DNA of 64,000 nt. It comes from a virus. The position numbers were made by a program, and so were the translations under genes. Below the pieces are notes generated by a model. The model did not search any database, was not told where the DNA came from, and worked only from the letters and a program-made list of their open reading frames with translations. Positions 44,238 through 52,312 of the stretch are shown here, piece by piece; the first letter of the stretch is position 1; each line of letters starts with the position of its first letter. The stretch covers positions 32,001-96,000 of the IMG/VR virus record IMGVR_UViG_3300035703_000027; one strand, given 5' to 3'.

Positions 44238-45689
44238 ATGTCCGGTCACGTTTCCATGGCCGACTTCGGCGGCCACTTCAGCCACCTGGGCGACCCCACG
44301 GTGAACGGCGGCGCGTTCGCCCGTCACGACGTGGTGAACGCCCTGAACCAGGCCCTGGAGATGCGCAAGTCGCTCGCCACGGGCTCCAACCCTGCCCTGG
44401 GCTTCCAGGACGGCTCCGCGCTCATCCCGCAGTCGCTCGAAATGACGCTCCAGGTCCTCAGCTTCAAGATGAAGGAGCTGAAGATGTGGCAGCGCATCAG
44501 CAAGGCGCCCGCTCTGGCCATGTTCGAGGAGTACGACGTGCTCCAGCAGTACGGTTCGGACGAGGCGATGTGGATGCAGGAAGGCGGCCTGCCCGCCGAG
44601 GACGGCAGCGTCTACTCGCGTGAGGTCGCACAGGTCAAGTTCCTGGGCACCACCCGCTCCGTCACGCACCCGATGCAAATGGTCCGCACCATCACCGGCG
44701 TGGACCCCATCATCGAGCGCGAGGACATGAACGGCGTCATGCAGATCCTCCGCAACCTGGAGACGGCGTTCTTCTTCGGCGACGACCGCGTGAACCCGCT
44801 CTCGATCCGCGGCCTCTACCAGCAGGTCCAGATGTCCACCCCGGAGAACATCATCGACCTGCGCGGCAAGCCGCTGACCGACAAGACCCTCATGGACCTC
44901 GACAACGCGTCCGCCGACCAGTACGGCACCCTGGACACGCTGTTCATGTCTAACAAGTCGAAGAACAACCTCAGCCAGATCCTCATGGAGAACAAGCGCC
45001 TGTTCCTCGGGGATATGGGCAAGGACTACACGATGGGCGTGACGGCCAGCAAGTTCGTCGGCAACAACTCCGACGGCATCAGCCTGGAGTCGCACCAGTT
45101 CATCCGTGAGGGCGGCGCGCCCCCGACCACCGTGGCCGACCTCGCCCCCGCGGCGCCGGGTTCGATCACCGTCACCCCCCGCGCTGCGGGCGTGAACGAG
45201 GTCAGCCGCTTCTCCGAGGGCGTGACCGTCACCTACCAGGTGCACGCCATCAACGGCAAGGGCGAGGGCCTCGCCGTCGTCTCCACGGCCACCACGGTGG
45301 ACGCGGGCGACGTGGCGGACGTGGTGTTCCCCAACGTGTCGGGCGCGCAGTTCTACCGCATCTACCGCAAGGTGAACGGCGGCAAGATGCTGCGCCTGAT
45401 CGAGGTCGGCCGCGGCGCCTCCGCCAACGTGACCTTCACCGACCGCAACCAGTTCATCGAGGGCACCTCGATGGCCTTCGCCCTGATGACGGTCGAGGAC
45501 GCCATCCGCTGGAAGCAGCTCGCCCCGCTGATGAAGCTGCCTCTCGCCACCCTGGACACCCGGACCCGCTGGGCGATCCTGCTCTACGGCACCATGATGG
45601 TCTACCAGCCCCGCAAGCAGTTCGTCTGCATCAACGTGGGCAACGGCGACATCACGCACGACGTGGACATCACCCGCCCCCGCAACTAG
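44238..45689 (+). CDS. major capsid protein (SPO1/Twort-like type)
   Basis: AGGAGG RBS; EMRK/SLATG...GSALIPQSLE; EEY...EGG...VKFLGTTRSVT; followed by a terminator. Confidence 0.85.
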   Translation: MSGHVSMADFGGHFSHLGDPTVNGGAFARHDVVNALNQALEMRKSLATGSNPALGFQDGSALIPQSLEMTLQVLSFKMKELKMWQRISKAPALAMFEEYDVLQQYGSDEAMWMQEGGLPAEDGSVYSREVAQVKFLGTTRSVTHPMQMVRTITGVDPIIEREDMNGVMQILRNLETAFFFGDDRVNPLSIRGLYQQVQMSTPENIIDLRGKPLTDKTLMDLDNASADQYGTLDTLFMSNKSKNNLSQILMENKRLFLGDMGKDYTMGVTASKFVGNNSDGISLESHQFIREGGAPPTTVADLAPAAPGSITVTPRAAGVNEVSRFSEGVTVTYQVHAINGKGEGLAVVSTATTVDAGDVADVVFPNVSGAQFYRIYRKVNGGKMLRLIEVGRGASANVTFTDRNQFIEGTSMAFALMTVEDAIRWKQLAPLMKLPLATLDTRTRWAILLYGTMMVYQPRKQFVCINVGNGDITHDVDITRPRN

Positions 45690-45701
45690 GTGAACAGACC
45701 C

Positions 45702-45736
45702 AGGGCCGGCCAGTTCTTGCTGGCCGGCCCTTTCAA
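45702..45736 (+). terminator. intrinsic terminator after the capsid gene
   Basis: Perfect 12-bp stem AGGGCCGGCCAG/CTGGCCGGCCCT followed by TTCAA. Confidence 0.75.
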
Positions 45737-45750
45737 TGCAAGGAGCCCCC

Positions 45751-46059
45751 ATGCCCCGAATCAGCAACGCCTTCGGCCTCTCCAGCCTCAACACCCCGCA
45801 AGGCCCGATCGCCTTCGACGCCCGCGGGGTCGCCGAGGTCACACCCGAGCAGGCGGACTTCCTGCTGCGCCTGCCCGGCTATGGCCTGCTCGACGAGCCC
45901 GCTGCTCCGCCGGCCCCGGCCCCGGCTGCGCCCGCGGCGGAGCCCGAGGCCGCACCCGCGGCTGAACCCGAGGCGGAGCCCGAGGTCGCAGCGCCCGACG
46001 CGGACGCCCCCGAGGCCCCGGCGCCCGCCAAGGTGGCCCGCAAGCGCCGGGGGCGCTGA
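45751..46059 (+). CDS. small virion-module protein with Pro/Ala tail
   Basis: AAGGAG RBS; position after the MCP gene. Confidence 0.7.
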   Translation: MPRISNAFGLSSLNTPQGPIAFDARGVAEVTPEQADFLLRLPGYGLLDEPAAPPAPAPAAPAAEPEAAPAAEPEAEPEVAAPDADAPEAPAPAKVARKRRGR

Positions 46060-46062
46060 CCC

Positions 46063-47169
46063 ATGTACGAGCAGCGGCTCGCCGTGGGCGTCGGCGGCTA
46101 CGTCCAGTACCCGTGCTGGCGCGCCGAGGTGGGCATGATCCCCACTGCCGCCCACGTCGCCATCCCCAGCCTCGATTGGGAGTCGTCTGCTGCCATCATG
46201 CGCGACGGCCTCGTGCGCGCACGCCTGCCGCGCCAGCTCGCCGCTGCCCCGGGCACCCACGAGGTCGTCTGGACCCTCACCACGACCCAGCAGGGCGTCG
46301 TCTGGGAGCCCGATGCCCCGCCCGCCGTCGAAACCTACGAGGTTGGCGCCACCCTCGTGCTGGTGGCCGCCGCCGACCTCCCGCCCCCGCGCTCGGACTG
46401 GTACGACGACACCGGCCTGCCGACGCCCACCTACATGCGCGAGAACCAGCTCTTCGGCATCCCGCCGGTGGACGGCGACAACCGCCTGCTGCCCGACGAG
46501 GCGATCGCGCTCGCCATCCGAGCAGGCGTCCACCGCGTCGAGCGCCACCTCGGCATCACCCTCGGGCGCAAGCGCTACAGCGCCCTACCAGGCGCCCCCG
46601 CGGGCGCCCTGGAAGATCCCGGCTATGACTTCGACCCCTCCCGCTTCCGCATCAGCTACGGCTACCTGCGCCTGCGCCACTACCCCGTGCGCGAGGTGCA
46701 CGGGCTGGAGCTGTGGCTTGCGAACCACCAGGTCGCCAAGATGCCCGCCGAGTGGGTTCGCCTCAACAAGGCCCGCGGCGACGTGCAGATCCTCCCCGGG
46801 GCCCTCTCCAACCTGTCGCTCCCGGGTTCCATCGCCCTGCCCATCGTCATGAGCAGCTTCGGCGGCAACGTCGTGCCCCACCTCTGGCGCGTGGACTACA
46901 CCGCCGGCATGGACTGCCCGTCCGACATGGCCCAGATCATCGGCATGATCGCCTCGCAGGCCCTGCTCATCATCATCTCGGACTCCACCATCGCCGGCAT
47001 CGCCAGCCAGTCCGTCAGCCTCGACGGGATCAGCGAGAGCATCGCCACCACCTCGTCCGCCACCAACTCGACCTACGGCGCGAACATCATCGAACTGGAA
47101 AAGCGCATCAAGAAGTGGCTGGAGGAAGTGGGCCCCACCTACGCCGGCCTGCGGATCGTGGTGGTCTGA
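46063..47169 (+). CDS. head-tail adaptor/connector protein
   Basis: Synteny; C-terminal IAGIASQSVSLDGISESIATTSSATNSTYGA typical of SPO1-like neck proteins. Confidence 0.65.
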   Translation: MYEQRLAVGVGGYVQYPCWRAEVGMIPTAAHVAIPSLDWESSAAIMRDGLVRARLPRQLAAAPGTHEVVWTLTTTQQGVVWEPDAPPAVETYEVGATLVLVAAADLPPPRSDWYDDTGLPTPTYMRENQLFGIPPVDGDNRLLPDEAIALAIRAGVHRVERHLGITLGRKRYSALPGAPAGALEDPGYDFDPSRFRISYGYLRLRHYPVREVHGLELWLANHQVAKMPAEWVRLNKARGDVQILPGALSNLSLPGSIALPIVMSSFGGNVVPHLWRVDYTAGMDCPSDMAQIIGMIASQALLIIISDSTIAGIASQSVSLDGISESIATTSSATNSTYGANIIELEKRIKKWLEEVGPTYAGLRIVVV

Positions 47170-47170
47170 C

Positions 47171-47857
47171 GTGCCTGCCGTCAAAATCGACCTCAAGAAG
47201 CTCGACGAGCTGATCGCCCGCAAGGGCGTCAACCTGCTGCTGTACAAGGTCGTCGCCTGCCCCTGCCGGGACGACAACGGCTACGTGGACCCCACATGCG
47301 CGGCCTGCCTCGGCACCGGCTTCGCCCCGGGCCAGCCCACAGGCATCCGCGCCCTGCTGCTCGCGCACGACGCCAGCAAGCAACCGCTGCCCACCGGCGT
47401 GCATGAAACCGGCCTGCGCAGCCTGACGCCCCCGCGGCACGTCCGGCTGTCCGAGGGGGACTGGATCCGCATGGCGCAGTTCCGGGTGCGCACCAGTGAG
47501 GTCATCACGCCGGGTGCCGCCTTCAACGGCCGGCTCGACACCCTGTTCCCCGACGCCATCCTCGGCGTGTCGCGCCTTGTGGACGGCGTGCTGACCCCAG
47601 TGCCGCCCGCGGCCTACACCGACCCCGCCACGGGGGCGCAGGTGCGGCCGGACGGCGCGCTGGCCTGGCAGCCCGGCGCCCTGCCGCCCGACACGCGCGT
47701 CACCGTCGAGTTTGACTACTACGAGGCCTACCAGGTGTGGCGCGGCGCGATGCCGATGCAGCGCGGCGCGGAGGACAAGCGCCTGCCCGACAAGGCGATC
47801 CTGCGCCGCATCACCCGCAAGGTGCTGCGCCAGCAGCTCGCCGGGGGGGTGCCGTGA
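47171..47857 (+). CDS. head closure/neck protein
   Basis: Synteny; CPC...CAACLGTG motif. Confidence 0.6.
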   Translation: MPAVKIDLKKLDELIARKGVNLLLYKVVACPCRDDNGYVDPTCAACLGTGFAPGQPTGIRALLLAHDASKQPLPTGVHETGLRSLTPPRHVRLSEGDWIRMAQFRVRTSEVITPGAAFNGRLDTLFPDAILGVSRLVDGVLTPVPPAAYTDPATGAQVRPDGALAWQPGALPPDTRVTVEFDYYEAYQVWRGAMPMQRGAEDKRLPDKAILRRITRKVLRQQLAGGVP

Positions 47858-48459
47858 CCCTGCACATCGATCTCAGGCCGCGGCGGGCCAACCTGTTCGC
47901 CGCCATCCTCGACCGGCTGCGGCGGCTGCGGCGGCGCGAGCCGTGGGGGCAGACGGCCGCCGCCGTCGCCCGCTTGAGCCAGCAGGGCCAGCGCGAGGTG
48001 CTGCGGGCCCTCAGCGGCGCGACCGTGAGCTGGTCCGGGGGCACCTTCAAGGTCAACCGCCTGACGGGCGGCCTGTACCGCGCGGCGGCGCAGGGGCTGG
48101 AGTACCCCGTGAACGGGGATCGGCTGCACGGCCGCGTGGTGATCGACCACCCGCGCTACGCCTTCGTGCGGGACGGCATGAAGGCGTTCGACATGAAGCC
48201 GGGCCTGCTGCGCTCGCCCAAGGCCAAGGTGGTCATGTCGCGGCGGCACCGGCGCGTGATCCGGTCGTTGCTGGTGCCCATCCAGGACGGCCCGGGCGGG
48301 GCGGTGCAGTTCCGGCGCGTGACGAGCGAGAGCCGCGGGTGGATCCACCCGGGCACGCTGCCGCGCCGGGTGGATGGCTACGCCGCGGAGGCCATGCGCG
48401 ACCGGGTGCGCGCCGGGCTGCGCGAGGCCCTGCTGCGCGACCTCGGAGGCCGCTCATGA
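47854..48459 (+). CDS. basic neck/tail-completion protein
   Basis: Overlapping GTGA start/stop; AFDMKPGLL; FRRVT...GWIHPG. Confidence 0.6.
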   Translation: MTLHIDLRPRRANLFAAILDRLRRLRRREPWGQTAAAVARLSQQGQREVLRALSGATVSWSGGTFKVNRLTGGLYRAAAQGLEYPVNGDRLHGRVVIDHPRYAFVRDGMKAFDMKPGLLRSPKAKVVMSRRHRRVIRSLLVPIQDGPGGAVQFRRVTSESRGWIHPGTLPRRVDGYAAEAMRDRVRAGLREALLRDLGGRS

Positions 48460-49049
48460 ACTTCAAGACGGACGTGATCGCCTACCTCCAGACCCAGGTG
48501 GCGGCGCAGGCGCCGGCCATCCCGTGCCGGGTGCTGAACGCTTACCCCAAGGGGCTGGAGCTGCTGCCTTGTATCAGCGTGAACCACATGGCGGGCTCGC
48601 TGGAGCGGCAGTTCATCGGCGGCGGGCGCCTCGGGGTGGTGCAGAACGCGGCGGGCGACTGGGTGGACACCGAATCTGCCTACTGGCGTCAGTCGCTGGA
48701 GGTGAGCCTGTGGACCACGAACCCGAAAACGCGCGATGTGCTGGCAAATGCCTGCCGGATGGTGCTATGGCGCATGGTACGGTACTTCTCGGACACCGCA
48801 GACGTGCACGAGATGCGCGTTACGGAGCAAGGCGACGGTCAGGATCTGGAGCAACGGGCCCCGGCTGACGTGTTCTCCGCTGTGTTCGAGGTGTCCGCGC
48901 TCATCCCCATCGACATCGAGTGGCCGCTGGATCTGAGCGAGGGCTTTGAACTCACCGCAGACCTCAACGACAACGTGATGACCGTCTCGTTTGAAGCACC
49001 GCCCCCCGCAGGCGAGACGACCGCCCCAGGCGACACCCCCGCCGTGTAG
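48456..49049 (+). CDS. tail terminator-like protein
   Basis: ATGA overlap with GGAGG RBS; directly precedes the sheath gene. Confidence 0.6.
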   Translation: MNFKTDVIAYLQTQVAAQAPAIPCRVLNAYPKGLELLPCISVNHMAGSLERQFIGGGRLGVVQNAAGDWVDTESAYWRQSLEVSLWTTNPKTRDVLANACRMVLWRMVRYFSDTADVHEMRVTEQGDGQDLEQRAPADVFSAVFEVSALIPIDIEWPLDLSEGFELTADLNDNVMTVSFEAPPPAGETTAPGDTPAV

Positions 49050-49058
49050 GAGGGACCT

Positions 49059-50819
49059 ATGGCAACTCGTGGCATCTACTTCGGGGGTCGCACGATCCTG
49101 ATCCCCGGCGCATACGCGCAAGGCGACGCCTCCGATCTGGTGGAGATCACCGTCGGGGCGCTCAACATCGTCATGCTGGTCGGCGAGTCGGAGGGCGGCG
49201 AGCCCAACACCCCGCTGGTGTTCAACGCGGCCGGCCAGGACGCCGCCCTGGCCGTCCTGCGCGGCGGGCCCCTGTACGAGGCGGCCCGTGCCACCTGGAA
49301 CCCGAGCCCCAGCAGCGCGGGCGCCGACGTGGTGATCGCGGTGCGGGTCAACCCGGCGGTGCGGGCCTCGCACACCTTCCTGAGCGGCGCGGCGACGCCC
49401 GACAACTGCCTGACGGTGCGCGCGCGCGACTACGGCAAGCACGGCAACAACGCCCAGATCCAGATTCTCGCCGGGACAGCCGACGCCGACGCCCGCATCG
49501 TCAAGGTGCGCAAACTGGAAGATGGTGTGGACCAGACCAGCCCCGAGTTGGGCAAGGTGCTCGGGCTCGCCTACACCGGCAACGGCACGGCCACGGCCGA
49601 GGTCGTCGAGGTGTACGGGGAGCCCCGCCTCGTGCTCTCTGTGACGGGCGCCACCGACGGCTCCGCATCCTTCACCAAGACCCTGACGGACGCGGACGTG
49701 GCGACGATCGCCAAGCTGGCCGGCTGGCTGAACGCGCAGACGGGCTTCACCACCAAGGTGTTCGGCCACGACACGATGGCCTCCGCGCTGCTGGACCGCA
49801 CGGCCGCCCCGGTGCCCCTGAGCAGCACGCCGACCGCCCTGCGGGGTGTCAACGGCGCGATCGCGGACTGGCTGAACCGCTTCAGCCCCGCCGCGATCGC
49901 CGAGGTGCTCACGCTCGACGCGGTGGCGCCGGCCGGCCCCGTGTTCCTCTCGGGCGGCGGCAACGGTGCGCCCACGCTGGTGCACTGGAAGAACGCCCTC
50001 AAGCAGCTCGAAAGCCAGCCCGGGTACTTCCTCGTGCCCTGCACGGGCGACGCGCTGGTGCACCAGGCATGCCTGGAGCACGTGCTGCGGATGAGCGACA
50101 TCAAGATCAAGCGGCGCCGGCAGCTCTGGGTCGGTCACGACCCCGGGCTCGTGACCTTCAGCCCGGACGGCACGGTGGACTTCGACGCGCTGGAGGCCGC
50201 CATCTTCACGCTCAACTCCGAGCGCTGCGTCTACGCCACGCCCGGCATCTACCGGGAGTCGGGCGGGGCCAAGACCCTGTTCGGTTCGTGGCTGCTGGCC
50301 GCCGCCCTCGCCGGCATGAAGGCGGGCGGGATGCCGCAGGAGTCGCTCACGTTCAAGTACGTCAGCGCCCTCGCCGTCGAGGGCATCTTCGACAGCCTGG
50401 AGCAGGAGCAGGCCATCCTGGCGGCGGCGACGCCGCTCGTGCCCGTGCCCAACAAGGGCTTCCAGGTGGTGCTCAACCAGTTCGCCCAGACCCGCACCAC
50501 CAACGTGCTGGAGGTCGAACCGTCGGTGCTGCACTGCGCCGACACCCTGCTAACCAACCTGGAGATGGTGCTCGGCGAGAAGTACACGGGCAAGCCCGTG
50601 ACCAGTGACGTAACCTTCCGCCTCAACCAGATCAAGGGCGACACCGAGAAGGTGCTCGCCGAGGCCAGGCGCCTCGGGATGCTGGTCGGGGACGCCAAGG
50701 TGACGCGCGTGACCTACCAGAACCGCACCTACGCCGTCGAACTCAAGGCCGCAATCGCCGAGCCAGGCAACTACATCACCATCGCGGCCAAGTGGCAGGC
50801 CGTGCAGGGCTCGGTTTAG
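49059..50819 (+). CDS. contractile tail sheath protein
   Basis: MATRGIYFGGRTILIPGAY; LVGESEGGEPNT; 586 aa; C-terminal sheath-like domain. Confidence 0.88.
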   Translation: MATRGIYFGGRTILIPGAYAQGDASDLVEITVGALNIVMLVGESEGGEPNTPLVFNAAGQDAALAVLRGGPLYEAARATWNPSPSSAGADVVIAVRVNPAVRASHTFLSGAATPDNCLTVRARDYGKHGNNAQIQILAGTADADARIVKVRKLEDGVDQTSPELGKVLGLAYTGNGTATAEVVEVYGEPRLVLSVTGATDGSASFTKTLTDADVATIAKLAGWLNAQTGFTTKVFGHDTMASALLDRTAAPVPLSSTPTALRGVNGAIADWLNRFSPAAIAEVLTLDAVAPAGPVFLSGGGNGAPTLVHWKNALKQLESQPGYFLVPCTGDALVHQACLEHVLRMSDIKIKRRRQLWVGHDPGLVTFSPDGTVDFDALEAAIFTLNSERCVYATPGIYRESGGAKTLFGSWLLAAALAGMKAGGMPQESLTFKYVSALAVEGIFDSLEQEQAILAAATPLVPVPNKGFQVVLNQFAQTRTTNVLEVEPSVLHCADTLLTNLEMVLGEKYTGKPVTSDVTFRLNQIKGDTEKVLAEARRLGMLVGDAKVTRVTYQNRTYAVELKAAIAEPGNYITIAAKWQAVQGSV

Positions 50820-50838
50820 GTAGAGGAGGCACCCAGCG

Positions 50839-51423
50839 ATGGCAAAGAAAGACAAGCAATACGTTCGCTCGCACCTGCAAGCGATCATCTACCTCAAAAC
50901 AGGCGCCGCCGAAGCGACAGCGCAGCCCATCGGGCACGCGCGGTTGCAATCCTTCAGCGCGGATCACGACTACGGCACGCAGCCCGTGCACGGCCTCGGG
51001 GACTACCTGCCGGCCGAGCACGTGCACCTGAAGTTCTCGGGCACCATCCAGCTCGAAGCCTTCATGATCCGCAAGGCCGACCTGGTGGCCCTCGGGCTCG
51101 CCCCGCTGGGCGACACCATCCTGCAAAGCGGCACCCTGGAGATCAGCATCCAGGACCCGGACAACGGGGGCAAGGTGCTGCGGAGCTACGAGGGCGTCAC
51201 CATCCAGCGCTACAGTGAGAACGTTCGGGAAGGCCAGATTTGCGGCGAGAACGCCACGTGCTTCTTCCGCGAGGTCAAGCACGATACCGACTTCTACTCC
51301 GGCTACGCGAGCGCCCCGAGCCCCATCGAGACGACGCCCACGGCCGTCGAACCCGTCAAGCCGGGTGAAACCACGGCCGATCCGACCACCAGTCCGGCAG
51401 CCGGCTCGCCGCCGGGCAACTAA
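50839..51423 (+). CDS. tail tube protein
   Basis: Follows the sheath gene; LQSFSADHDYGTQPVHGLG...EHVHL; IQDPD...SYEGVTIQRYSE. Confidence 0.8.
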   Translation: MAKKDKQYVRSHLQAIIYLKTGAAEATAQPIGHARLQSFSADHDYGTQPVHGLGDYLPAEHVHLKFSGTIQLEAFMIRKADLVALGLAPLGDTILQSGTLEISIQDPDNGGKVLRSYEGVTIQRYSENVREGQICGENATCFFREVKHDTDFYSGYASAPSPIETTPTAVEPVKPGETTADPTTSPAAGSPPGN

Positions 51424-51477
51424 CGCCGGATGACCCCCACCGCGCGCCCGCGCGCCCCCCGAAAGGCACCACCGCCC

Positions 51478-51927
51478 ATGCCGAACCCCACCGACACCCA
51501 GCAACAGGCCGCCCTGGGCATCGCCTACACCGAGCGCTTCACCCTGGCCCAGGCGGTCGAGAGCTTCAACGCCACGCGCGCGCCCATCCCCAGTGCGGAT
51601 GGGCGCGTGGTCGAACCCGAGGCGCAACGGCTGACCTTCAGCGACGACTGGTATGCCCGTCACGCGGGGGAGTTCGTGCTGCGGCGGCCGTCGCTCTACG
51701 ACGAGATCGCCATGCGGGTGCGCACGGACGCGCTGTCCGGCGGCCGGGCGGAGGCCCTGAGCGGCCTCACGCGCTGGCTGATCGAAGCCACGGCGGTGGC
51801 GGAGACGCTGCTCATCGGCAAGCCGGACTGGTTCAGCCTCGCCACGCTGCGGGACACGGACGTGCTCTACCTCGTGCACCACTGGTACACGGAGTGGAGC
51901 GCCCGATTTCGCGACGGCGTTTCATGA
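51478..51927 (+). CDS. tail assembly chaperone (G-like)
   Basis: GAAAGG RBS; lies between the tube and tape-measure genes. Confidence 0.7.
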   Translation: MPNPTDTQQQAALGIAYTERFTLAQAVESFNATRAPIPSADGRVVEPEAQRLTFSDDWYARHAGEFVLRRPSLYDEIAMRVRTDALSGGRAEALSGLTRWLIEATAVAETLLIGKPDWFSLATLRDTDVLYLVHHWYTEWSARFRDGVS

Positions 51928-52312
51928 GCACCTCCCGGCGATCGCCCGGGCGGAACGCGAGAGCCTGTACGGCGTCTGGCGGGCGCGCTTCGGCGTGAGC
52001 CTGGCGGACGAGCGCGCCCGGCGTGTCACCTACGAGCAGGCCGTGCTGGACCTCGAACTGGTGCGCGCGGATGCCGGGGAGGCCGAGCGCCGGAGCGACC
52101 TCGATGACTGGTACGCTCAGATGGAGGAAGCCGACCAGACGCGCGCGCCGGCGGCGGCGCCCGAGGGGCTCGTGGCCCCGGACGTGGACGCGGCCAACCA
52201 GGACGCGGAGGCGGCAGAGCGGCGGCTGGCGGCGTTGCAGGCGGGGGCGTTCGAGCTGAAGGACGAGACGGTCTACGAGATCGTGGACTGGAGGGCGGGT
52301 GGCACAGATTGA
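51908..52312 (+). CDS. tail assembly chaperone extension (T-like), probably reached by +1 frameshift
   Basis: The +1 frame is open across the upstream stop; TTT-CGC at 51907-51912; no good RBS of its own. Confidence 0.55.
   Translation, partial: FATAFHEHLPAIARAERESLYGVWRARFGVSLADERARRVTYEQAVLDLELVRADAGEAERRSDLDDWYAQMEEADQTRAPAAAPEGLVAPDVDAANQDAEAAERRLAALQAGAFELKDETVYEIVDWRAGGTD

Noticed and set aside
48743-48783. Internal GGCAA-N30-TACGGT before the sheath gene
   Set aside because: The spacer is 30 and the site is about 275 nt from the start codon inside a CDS; it could be chance.
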